From Eledone cirrhosa (taxonomy: Eukaryota): a DNA stretch of 64,000 bases. This document shows, piece by piece, positions 13,726 through 24,326 of the stretch (its first letter is position 1; each line of letters opens with the position of its first letter). Position numbers and translations under genes: made by a program. The stretch spans positions 264,182,001 through 264,246,000 of the forward strand of contig OZ024741.1 of assembly GCA_964016885.1 (NCBI GenBank), given 5' to 3'. The notes under the pieces are model-generated. The model was given only the letters and a program-made list of their open reading frames with translations. It did no database searches and had not been told where the DNA came from.

Positions 13726-14137
13726 GTGGTGGTGTTGGTGTTGTTGTTGTTGGTGGTGATGTTGTTGCTGTTGTTGTTGTTGTTGTTGGTGTTGTTGCTG
13801 TTGTTGTTGTTGTTGGTGTTGGTGTTGTTGTTGTTGTTGGTGGTGTTGTTGTTGTTAGTGTTGTTGTTACTGTTGTTGTTGATGTTGTTGTTGGTGTTGG
13901 TGTTGTTGTTGTTGTTGGTGGTGTTGTTGCTGTTGTTGTTGTTGTTGTTGGTGGTGTTGTTGTTGTTGTTGTTGTTGTTGGTGTTGGTTTTGTTGTTGTT
14001 GTTGTTGGTGGTGTTGGTGTTGTTGTTGTTGTTGGTGTTGTTGTTGCTGTTGTTGTTGTTGTTGTTGGTGGTGTTGTTACTGTTGTTGTTGTTGTTGGTG
14101 TTGTTACTGTTGTTGCTGTTGTTGCTGTTGTTGGTGG

Positions 14138-14168
<31 letters not shown>

Positions 14169-14294
14169 GCTGCTGTTGTTGCTGCTTTTGTTGTTACTGT
14201 TGTTGTTGTTGGTGGTGGTGGTGTTGTTGCAGTTCTTGTGATGATTATGACGATTATGATTATGACGATGATGATGATGATGATGACGAGGTTG

Positions 14295-14339
<45 letters not shown>

Positions 14340-14500
14340 GTGATTGTGATGGTGATGGTGATGGTGATGATGGTGATGGTGATTATGATGATGATGGTGA
14401 TGATAACGACAAGGTTGACGACGATAATGATGATAATGATGTTTATGATGATGGTGATGGTGATGGTGATGATGCTGCTGATGATGATGATGATGATGAT
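12775..14500. repeat. Degenerate (TTG)n (to ~14235) then (ATG)n microsatellite
   Basis: Directly visible. Poly-Leu/Asn/Met/His ORFs here are artefacts. Confidence 0.95.
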
Positions 14501-15143
14501 TTTTTAACATTTTTTTTTTTTTTTCCAGCAACGTGTCTTCGACGTTAATAGATGGCCCCGGTACACAGCAAAGGTTACTCGTTTTATCGATAAAAAAACT
14601 GAACGCTTGATAACTTTATGCAAATTAGCGTAAATAACAACTACTGTTATTTTTGTTGTTGTTGCTGTTGCTGACGATGTTATCATTGCAATCATTCTTG
14701 TTCACTTAATATTACATTCATAATTGGCCTCAATGTCGACATCTTGGATTAATGAAAAAATAAAACCATTTCCGTTTATTTTAAATTTATTTTTTGTTAT
14801 TATTTATAATTTCTCTTCCTTTTCATTGAGTGACCCTTATTAGAAATCATCTTATTTATTTTTTTTTGTGTCATTAACCCTGTTTTCGAAAACGTTAATT
14901 ATCTGAGTGGTACAAAGTGTTCATGGTCCGATAGCTCTGTCCGGCCATGAAATACATATAACATGATTGAAGGTGGTTGGACATCAGGAATATCTAGAAA
15001 CGACTTAATCATTTGGTATTCAACATTTTATAACGATGGTTGAGGTTGGCCAGACAGTGGAGATGACCAGACGATAGTGGAGGTGACCAGTACTGAATAG
15101 TGCATTTATAAATACGAGGTGTGTCAGGAAAGAGACATGTGTG

Positions 15144-15194
<51 letters not shown>

Positions 15195-15199
<5 letters not shown>

Positions 15200-15744
15200 A
15201 GAAGAAGTTTACGAAATGGAAATGCGGGTATATAGAATTTATTAGGTAACAATTGTTTCTATAGTGTATGGGTTACCTATACCTCGCTATTTGAATAATA
15301 TACAAATATTATCATAAACCGAAGGTACACTGTAAGCAAACACACCATGTCTTCAGACCTTTGTATTAGAATGATATGAAAATATTTTATACACTAGATA
15401 AAAGATAAAGAAAGTGGTAGGAAGAGAAGGGGAAGAGGGGAGTGAGTAAGGTGGAGGGAGTCTACTAGTCTGACAGTCTTAAATCCTCCACCTTACTCAC
15501 TCCCCTCTTCCCCTTCTCTTCTTACCTCTTTCTTTATCTTTTATCTAGTGTATAAAATATTTTCATATCATTCTAATACAAAGGTCTGAAGACATGGTGT
15601 GTTTTCTTACAGTGTACCTTCGGTTTATGATAATATTTGTATATTATTCAAATAGCGAGGTATAGGTAACCCATACACTATAGAAACAATTGTTACCTAA
15701 TAAATTCTATATACCCGCATTTCCATTTCGTAAACTTCTCCATA
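15195..15744. mobile_element. Near-perfect ~260-bp inverted repeat (27-nt spacer) between (TA)n runs; Penelope-type inverted pLTR
   Basis: 15195-15457 is the reverse complement of 15485-15744 with only a few differences. Each arm has CTGAAGA...GAAAC followed by AATAAA. Confidence 0.75.
15582..15698 (+). ncRNA. Hammerhead-like motif with ~90-nt stem II (mirror copy on - strand at 15244-15360)
   Basis: aggt-CTGAAGA-[long hairpin atggtgtg...tacactat]-GAAAC-aatt-GTT-acct. Palindromic stem III (caattg). The first stem II position is a C.A mismatch. Confidence 0.5.
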
Positions 15745-15843
15745 GTTTCTCCGGATTTTTAAACACACTTTATTATACGTTGAGCAATCTCTGACGTCGG
15801 TTCACTCCATCCAATGCAACTACTTAGTAACATTGGAATACAA

Positions 15844-15909
<66 letters not shown>

Positions 15910-15914
<5 letters not shown>

Positions 15915-16085
15915 AAAATTGGACGGGAACAAAACAGAAAGGCAGTACGAACAAAGGTTTATTAGTTTCACGCTCTTGAGAGTGGGGTGGTGGTGGGGAA
16001 CGACGTTTCGGGCATAAGCCCTTCTTCAGGCGAAAAGTGTGTGGGAAGAGAGTTCCAAGGGTGTGTAGGGGAGTGGTGGAAAGAC
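15910..16085 (-). mobile_element. Penelope-like terminal fragment with minimal hammerhead core (16001-16030)
   Basis: Minus strand cCTGAAGAagggc-ttat-gcccGAAACGTC with downstream AATAAA, embedded between (TA)n runs. Stem I is poorly paired. Confidence 0.6.
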
Positions 16086-16289
16086 ATATATATATATATA
16101 TATAGTAATAATAATAAATTTAAAGACTAAAATCCAAAGAGGGCTCGATAAGGATAAATATATATCAGATATATAAGAACCGTAGAGCAAGTATTTATTA
16201 AAATAACAGATTAAAGTTTAAGCAAAGAATCGCTGCTTTCACCCTTAACGGGATCTTCTGAAACTCAGAATATATATATATATAATCTA

Positions 16290-16506
16290 ATTAGAGCAAA
16301 CATCACGAGCGCTCTATCTCAAAATTATTTTTGAAAAGCATTAGAAATGCGCAACCGGTAAAACTTAAAACTAAAATTGAATACTAACCAATACTTATTA
16401 CTAATTTATACTTATTCCTAATTAAACTATTTTTCATTTGTCAGCACTTTTTTTTCCTTTTTACTAATATATCACAACTCGTGTGTTACACCTCTATTTT
16501 TTAAAA
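16290..16506 (+). repeat. Unclassified dispersed repeat (copy 1)
   Basis: ~220 bp highly similar to 63348-63568. Both copies run into (TA)n. Confidence 0.8.
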
Positions 16507-16773
16507 TATATATATATATATAATATGGCGGCTGCAAACTCTGCTAAGAGTATTGCAACCGCTTGTCAGATTACAGAAAATGGTGCACCTTTAGGCTACG
16601 GCCAGCCACACGAACCTGTAACAAATCCCGAACAAGCAAATTTGAAGATTTTTTAAGTTGGGAAAGGCCTTGCACTCGACCAATCCCACTCTCTGAGCAT
16701 CGAAAACACTACCCGAAAAGGAGGATTTGTCAACATCATCGGATACTTATTATTATTATTATTATGTAAAGTA

Positions 16774-16842
16774 AAGTGTAAAGTACCAGTAATACACTGG
16801 TTAATTGCTGGCCTTGTGCCAAAAGTAGAAACAATTATTATT
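16774..16842 (+). mobile_element. 3' fragment of tRNA-derived SINE with short ATT tail
   Basis: aaagtaccagtaatacactgg..gctggccttgtgccaaaagtagaaacaattattatt matches the 3' end of the SINEs at 50911 and 59451. Confidence 0.85.
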
Positions 16843-18555
16843 GCACAAACTGGGGGTGATGAGGGGCGTCCCACGCGAACTAGGAAGCGGGAAATCCGAG
16901 TCGGCTTACGCCGACGACTTCACCGTGGTGGTGTCGAGAGCCAGACACGCCCAGATGTTCGGCACCGCTCTCAAGGAATACGAAGCGGTGACAGGAGCAA
17001 AGGTAAACCAGGAAAAGTCCGTGGGCTTGCAGTTCGGCACCTGGAGAGGCAAGTCCATGCCGTCCGACAGCGCCGTGGGGCGTTGGACGGACGGACCGGT
17101 TAAATTGCTCGGGGTCTGGTTCGGACCGGACCTCCAGATGGAGAAAAACTGGAACGAGGTGACGAGCAAGGTGGCCTCCCCACCCAGAAATGGGCCGAGA
17201 GGAAGCTGTCCCTGAAAGGCCGGGCGGAGGTGGCGAATGCGTACATCGCATCCGTCATCTGCTACCGCCTCACCGTAGTCCCTTTCCCCGGCCCAACTCT
17301 CACCAAAATGGAGCGCCTCCTCTTCCGCTTTTTGTGGAAGGGACGCGCTCTCATGGCCAGACGATCCATCTGCTGTCAACACCCGTTGCGTGGAGGACTG
17401 GCCATGCCATGGCTGATGATGCGCAAATATGCGCTGAGGCTGCGACATCTCTGGTGCTTCCTTGACGGTGGACAGGTGTGGTTGCGGTTCGCCAGGCACG
17501 TTTTCCCACAGCTCGTCTCCTTGACGGAGCTGCAGTCCTGGGTCAGAAAAAGACCGAGAGATAGCGCTTGGAAACTGGAATGGCTCCAGGCGCTCACTGC
17601 CCTCTGCCAGCTGGGCACCAGTATCGGTGGAACATCCATCTCGACGTTCTGTAGAGGACTAGTGGAGGGGAAGAGCGACGACGTTCTCGGAGAGATCCTT
17701 GGCGTCGAAAAAGATCAGCTGTTTGCTCTCTTCCGGAGAACTTTCAGCCCAGGGCCTATGGATAACTTTCAAAAATCCCTGGCCTGGCAGTGCTACCGGG
17801 GAGCTTTGCCGGTTCGAGATAAGCTCTACAGGCACGGAAGTGCCGTCAGCCGAGCCTGTCCGAGATGCGCGCAGAGCGACGAAACCATCGTGCCCGCACT
17901 CGTTCAGTGTCCGAGCATTGCTGACTTGTGGAGCTATGTCGAATAGTTGCTGTCGCGTGTAGGACTGATCTGGTTATCGACTGAGTCCATTGTGCAGATG
18001 GTCTCGCCGTCTTCCTTCGAGGAGGAAGGGCAGGCGGTTTTCATCTGCCTGGTGGCCATGGCGAAAGAGATTGTGTGGTGGACAAGGTTGAAAGGGTTAA
18101 AGACAGACACTTTCCTCTTCGGCGAATCCCTAATTGACTTTTTCAAGTTTCACTTGAAGAGGAAAATCAGGGTGGAGAGGCAAGTTTGTTGAAAGGTGGG
18201 TGAATGTAGCGAGAATGGTCCGAGTGAACGGGACCGCTCTGAATATACGTCTGTAGTTTGAGAAATGGAAAAATTGAGAGAGGGCGCTTGCCCTGGTGGT
18301 CAGGGTGGCCGTGGTCTTTTGTGTGGTTTTCGCCACGAGTAACCCTCGGAGGTCCCCCCCCCCATTGGGGAATTTTTCATTGTTTCAATTTTAATTTTTA
18401 TTGTTTATATATATATATGTTTCTGTCTTTTTTTTCTTTTCTTATATAAATAATAAAAATATTTACACGCACAAAACCCACACCGTACAGTCCTGTACCG
18501 TCCTGTGTCGTCTGTAATGTTTTTCTTGATGTCAGCCCTTGTGACCAATAAAGAA

Positions 18556-18594
<39 letters not shown>
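16843..18594 (+). mobile_element. Tx1-group LINE, unit A: 5'-truncated, decayed (same family as unit D)
   Basis: Starts just before YADD. Frameshifted RT thumb and CPRC...C region, stop at 18256, 3' UTR, AATAAA and (ATT)n tail. Confidence 0.92.
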
Positions 18595-18748
18595 GAGTCT
18601 GAACAATAAAAATGAAAATTGAAACAATGAAAAATTCCCCAATAGGTGGGAAACCTTTTTGCTCGCTCCCGTAAGTTCATTTATTTTGGCCCAAATATTT
18701 GAACATTTTTGCATTTTAAAAAATTATCGAGAAAACAAAAAAAAAAAC

Positions 18749-20245
18749 ATGGCTGAGCCACGCCCCCAGCGATATGTCTGCTGTCGTGCGACAACGACGT
18801 AGAAGTTGAGAGGAGCGCTACGGCGAAATTAACAGATATTGATAACACAAACACCACCACAAACAATGTAAACAAAGACACCACTGATACCAATGAGAAC
18901 TCTAATTTTGAAAAAAATGACAGTAACAGCCATAACAAAAAAAAAAACAGATAAAAAAAATGACAAATGCAACAACAATATCAACACCACTAACATGAAA
19001 ACAAACAGCGACAACACCAACAGAAACAATACCAACTGCACCGAGAACAACGGTGGCACCAAAGACAACAATGATAACAGCGACAGTGATAACAACAACA
19101 CCAACAAGAACAACGACAACGACAACAACACCCCCAACGACAACAAGAAGAATACTTTCGCTGCGGCAGCAGCAAAAAAGAGGCCATGCTTCAACATGGA
19201 CCTCTCAAACAAAGATGAAAAGTTGACCCAGGCCTGGAAGCTCATCAAGCAAGAGCAAACCTGGGCCAACTTAACTGTCCCGGTAGAAGCTATTGAGGCA
19301 GTGGAGCGCAGAACGGTGCATTATAGATGCATCTCAGCACAAACCAAAAGGGCAGCTTTAATCCCACAAGCAGATGTCGAAGTCGTGCTGAGGTGCATCA
19401 GAGAAGACACCGAATACATAGCGAGGGGCAGACAGTACGGCACTATTTCGGTGCTGTTCAAGTCAGAAGCCCTCGCTATGAAACACGCTATGACTCCTTG
19501 CAAAACCAGCAAGCTCATAATGTACCCCTCCCACATGGGAAACAGGACGGCCCGTCTCCGCATTCCCAGAATCCCACCAGGACTTGACATGTGGTGGCTT
19601 CTGGGATGTGTGATTGTGGAGGGGACGGATACCGTCTCGATAGAAGTGACCAGAACGGCCAGAGAGGATTGGTCCGGGGTTGACCTGGAGATCCTTCTCC
19701 AAATCAGGCCCGAGAATGTGAAGACAATCCCGGACCACATCCACCTTCAGAACATCAACATCAACACCACCATCACCATCACCAGAATCCCCCAAACGCA
19801 AACAACCTAAACAGACGCAAGAACAAATATACACACAAATATCTGAAACCACAGACACCCCACTCACAACAAACACAAACACAACTGAAACAACACCACC
19901 AAAACCATCACCACCAAACAAATAAAATCACACCAACAGAACATAAAAAACTTCGTGCTCGTCAGGAGGGCCAACAAGGAACTGATGGCCCTAGTAGCAC
20001 GAAGTGAAAATATACAAAAAGAGGGGGAAATTTTTAAATCGAGCACATTTTGCGTGCCGGAAGATTTGTTTCTGGCACGAATGTTGCTCGATTTATACAA
20101 AGAAATACGAGACAGCTTTCCTCGGGAAGTGGGAACCCTGAACGTAAAATCCACTTCAAGACTTTTAAAGGGGTTCCCAAAAGAAACCCCACCAACTATG
20201 GAGGTCGAACCACCAGACCTTCACAAGAGCCCGGAAGGTAAGTAA
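18749..20245 (+). pseudogene. Unit B ORF1 remnant (frameshifts, internal deletion)
   Basis: Asn-rich N-terminus, TFAAAA motif and RRM-like block alignable to unit C ORF1. C-terminal NKELM...YKEIRDSFPREVG resembles NKKLM...YTNIKTKFPNAVG. Confidence 0.75.
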
Positions 20246-20277
20246 ACCTTTCCTCTCTCTCTTTTTAACCTGCCAAC

Positions 20278-23200
20278 ATGGCCGTATTAAGAGTAGGAAG
20301 TTTAAATGTCCGGGGCCTGAGATCGTCCTGGAAGCAGGGTCACCCGCTCAACGCCCTCAGGTCTCTAGAAATGGATGTAATTGCCGTCAGCGAGACCAGG
20401 ATTTCCGACATGCGCACACTAGTCCCCATTTTCGACGACTATCAGATCTTTGCATCTGTTAGCCGACCGGGAATGGGAGGCGGGGTGGCAGTACTGTTTA
20501 GGAAAGGCCTGGATCTCGAGGTAAGGTCGATCTTCCGGGACCCGGACGGGAAGTTGGTGGTGCTGGACGTGAACAATAACGAAGATGGTGCCTTTAGACT
20601 GGTGGCCGTCTATTCCCCTACTGGGGCAGGACGGTCGGACTTCTTTAGACGTCTGGAAGCCTTTCTGGGTACGTCTCGCCCTTTACTGTTAGCGGGGGAC
20701 TGGAACGGCATCTTAGACGCACGCTGGGACTATGGGGAGTATCCGATAGGAGCGGGGGTGCACAAGCCTCAAGAACCTGATCAGCCAGTTCCAACTGTCT
20801 GACAGGTACCGACTAGATTTCTCTAATGCGCCAGTGTGGACCTGGACTAAGCGCATAGGGTCATCTAGACAGGATATTCATTAGGAAAATAGACAGAAAT
20901 AGTGTAAGTGTCCACGTTTTAAAACGGTCGCCTATTCAGATCACAAGTTTGTGATCTGTATGGTCGACCTAGATAAGACGCGTAGGGTAGGATCTGGTTA
21001 CTGGAAGCTAAACATGTCATTTCCGGCACGTAAAGCTTACAGGGACCAGGTCAACAATTTAGTTAAGAAAAAGTTAAAAGGAGGAGTTGGCAACAATAGA
21101 TGGCGGGGGGCTCTCAATAGAGAGATTAGAGTAATGGCGATAGAGTTTAGCAAAGAAGTAGCGTTAGAGAAAAATAGAAAGGAGGGGGAGTTGGTAGATA
21201 AGTTAGACGAGGCTATTGGTAGTGGCATTGCAACTGACGTGCTAGCGGCGAGAATGGCATTAGACCATTTCTTCAATGCGAAACACGAAGGTTGCATTGT
21301 CAGAGCTAAGGCAGGTGCTCTGAGAAATGAGGGAACCAAAGCTGTTCGATGGGCCCGCGTGGCAGAGGCGCAGCGTGGTAATAAAACCACGATTCGGTCT
21401 TTGACGGACCGAGACGGACACGAGCTGAGCGTTTCCAAGCGGATGTGTGAGGCCTTTCGCCAACATTTTGCTCGGTTGTTCGGGGGAAGTGGTGGGTCGG
21501 AGATGGTGGCGGACTTCAGTCCCTACCTCGATGGCTTGCCGCAACTCTTGACGGCTGACGCTGGGCGCTGCGAAAGGCCAATTACTTCAGCCTTGTCGGC
21601 TGCGTGAGGCGCAAGTCACCCGGTTTGGGTAGTCTGCCCTACGAGCTTTACGTAAATATGCCAGACTTGTTCTCCAATCCCCTCGAAGCCTTCTACTGCA
21701 ACTGGCAGCAAAACGGGAGTATTCCCAATTCTGTGAGCAGGGGGAGTGGTGACGCTGATAAGGAAAGACGAGAACAAGAGGGATACATTAGACAGCTTCA
21801 GGCCCATAACTCTGCTCAACACAGAGTTTAAGATTTTGGCCAAGGTGTTAGCAAAGAGATTGGCGCTTGTCGTCGAGGATTGGGTTGGGGAGGCGCAAAC
21901 TGGTCCATACACGACAATCTCCACCTCATGCGATACATCATAGAGAGGGTAGGGGGTAAACCTGGCTTCGGTGGGGCTCTGATCAATTTAGATCAATCGA
22001 AAGCATTCGATAGAGTCGACCATCGGTACCTGGAGGCTGTCCTCAAGGCAGCTGGCTTCGGCCCTGTCTTCAGAAGCTGGATCGCTGCAATGCACAGCAC
22101 ACGCTCGGTGGTCAAGGTTAATGGCCACCTCTCGGAACCATTTCGGCTCTCCCGATCGGTCCGTCAAGGGTGCTCTCTCTCTCCTCCCTTCTGTACGTAT
22201 TGACGCTCGAGCCTTTACTGCGGAAGCTGGAGCTGTTGCAGGGCATCCCGCTCGAACCGGGACGTGGAAAGGCGGTGTCGGCTCATGCGGACGACATCAC
22301 CGTGATGGTGTCGAACACCTCAGAAATCGAGGTGGTCGGCACCTTATTGAAGGAATATGAAAGGTTGACAGGAGCCAAACTTAACCCGGAAAAGTCGGTG
22401 GGCTTGCAGCTCGGAACCTGGAGAGGCAGGCCCATGCCGTCCAACAGCGTCGTGGGGCGCTGGACGGACGGACCGGTAAAGTTGCTCGGGGTTTGGTTCG
22501 GACCAGACCTCCAGGTGGAAAAGAATTGGGACGAGGGAACGAGCAGAGTAGCCAGTCTCACCTAAAAATGGGCTGTGAGGAAGCTATCACTGAAAGGTCG
22601 CGCGGAGGTGGCGAATGCGTACATCGCGTCCGTCATCTACTACCGCCTGACCGTCGTGCCTTGCCTCGTCCGCACCTCGTCAAGTTGGAACGGCTCCTCT
22701 TCAAATTCTTGTGGAGGGGACAAGTTCCGTTGGTGTGCAGACATGCGTTGACATGCGTTGACATGCGCAGACATGCGTTGAGGCTGCGACATCTCCAGAT
22801 ATTCTGCCACAACGGTGAACAGATGTGGTCGCCGTTTATCAGACGGGCCTTTCCGCAGCTCATTTCTTTGACTGAGCTGCAGTCCTGGGTCAAGAAGAGA
22901 CCGAGACTGGGTGACTGGCACCTGGAATGTTGCCAGGCACTCACTGCCCTCTACCAAGCGGGCAATGCGATCAGTGGAACTTCCACTCTCGAGTTCTATA
23001 GAGGATTAGTGGTGGGCAAGTGCGATGACGCACTCGGAGAAGCTTTGGGCCTCGACGAAGTCGAACTGACCAGTCTGTACCGGAGGACTTTTGAGCCGGG
23101 GACGATGGACAATTTCCAGAAATCCCTCGCTTGGCAGTGCTACCGGGGGGCACTGCCGGTTCGGGATAAACTCTACAGGCGCGGAAGTGCTATCAGACGG

Positions 23201-23620
23201 ACCTGCCCAAGATGCGCACAGAACGACGAAACCGTTCTGCACGCACTTGTGCAATGTCCGTGCATTACTGACTTGTGGAGTTATGTCGAACAGCTACTGT
23301 CGCGTGTGGGATGAATCCGGTTATCGGCCGAGTCCATAGTGAAGATCGAGCCGCCACCTTCCTTAGGTCAGGAAGAGCAGGACATTTTCCTCTGTCTGGT
23401 GGCAGTTGCGAAAGAGATTATATGGTGGACCAGGTTGAAAGGACTAAAGACAGACACTTTTCTCTTCGGCCAATCCCTCATCAACTTCTTCAAGTTTCAC
23501 CTGGAAAGGAGGGTGAGGGTGGAGAGAGAAGTGCTGCCCCCCAGTACATTTGCTAAAAGGTGGGTGAATGTGGCGAGAATGGCTCGTGTTAATGGGCCTA
23601 CTCTAACCATGCGCCTATAG
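20278..23620 (+). pseudogene. Unit B ORF2 remnant (APE endonuclease-RT-CCHC)
   Basis: SLNVRG, SET, GDWN, FRPITLLN, DQSKAFD, RQGC, HADD, CPRCx8HALVQC spread over several frames. Confidence 0.92.
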
Positions 23621-23907
23621 GCTGGCTAACTTGAGGAGAGCGGTGCTCTCCTGGGTGCCCTAGAAGCGCAGGGTGGTTCAGGATTGGTGGGGTACCCGAA
23701 TCACCCCAGGGTCGTCCACCCCCTATCGGGGAATTTATTTTGTTATATTTTGCATAGTTTATTTTATATTTTTATATTTTCATTGTTAAATTAGTCTTGC
23801 CATTGTGCACTTTTACTCGACCTTATTGTAAACCCCCACTGTCCCTGTCTTTGTATTGTCCCCTACATGTCGGCCCTTGTGGCTAATAAATGAAATCATT
23901 ATTATTA

Positions 23908-23944
<37 letters not shown>

Positions 23945-24068
23945 TGTTGTTTTTTTCTGTTGTTGCTTTTGTTGTTAATGTTTTATGTTGTTGCTGGTGT
24001 TGTTGTTAATGATGTTCTTTATTATTATTATTATTATACATGTCGGCCCTTGTGGCTAATAAATGAAA

Positions 24069-24112
<44 letters not shown>

Positions 24113-24326
24113 GAATGCCATGGTTGACGGAGGCTCGGCTCTGTAAGGTATAGTAATTTTTAACCGTTAACACAATTGTAAATTGTTTAAAACTTGAACC
24201 AAATTGTTGATAAAGACACCCTCCTCCTCGTGAGAGGGGTCTTTCTGTCCGTTATTTGGCCCTTCGGAGTTAAATAACCAGTTATTGGGGTTTTGTACCC
24301 AATATTCATTTAAAAAAAAAAACAAC

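Larger units (their letters stand above)
18650..23897 (+). mobile_element. Tx1-group LINE, unit B: near full-length, decayed, divergent family
   Basis: Disrupted ORF1 and ORF2, distinct 3' UTR, ends cccttgtggctaataaatgaaatc(att)n. Confidence 0.9.

Noticed and set aside
2345-14531. Very long ORFs (996, 1823, 1717 aa etc.; Gly/Asp-, His/Thr-, Cys/Val-, Leu-, Asn-rich)
   Set aside because: They are open in several frames on both strands only because the simple repeats lack stop codons. No unique coding context.
16225-16270. Further hammerhead on the - strand (cagaaga-tccc-gttaa-ggg-tgaaa)
   Set aside because: The core is mutated (CAGAAGA) and stems I/III are unconvincing. At most a dead relic.
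24215-24270. HDV-like ribozyme in the C 5' UTR (ctcctcgt loop resembles L3)
   Set aside because: No convincing P1/P2 partners, no GG for P1.1 after the putative P1, and the loop is altered in unit E.
24285-24326. ORF1 start at the upstream TTG given by the ORF track
   Set aside because: Non-ATG. The ATG 42 nt downstream has aacATGG context and is the start conserved in unit E.
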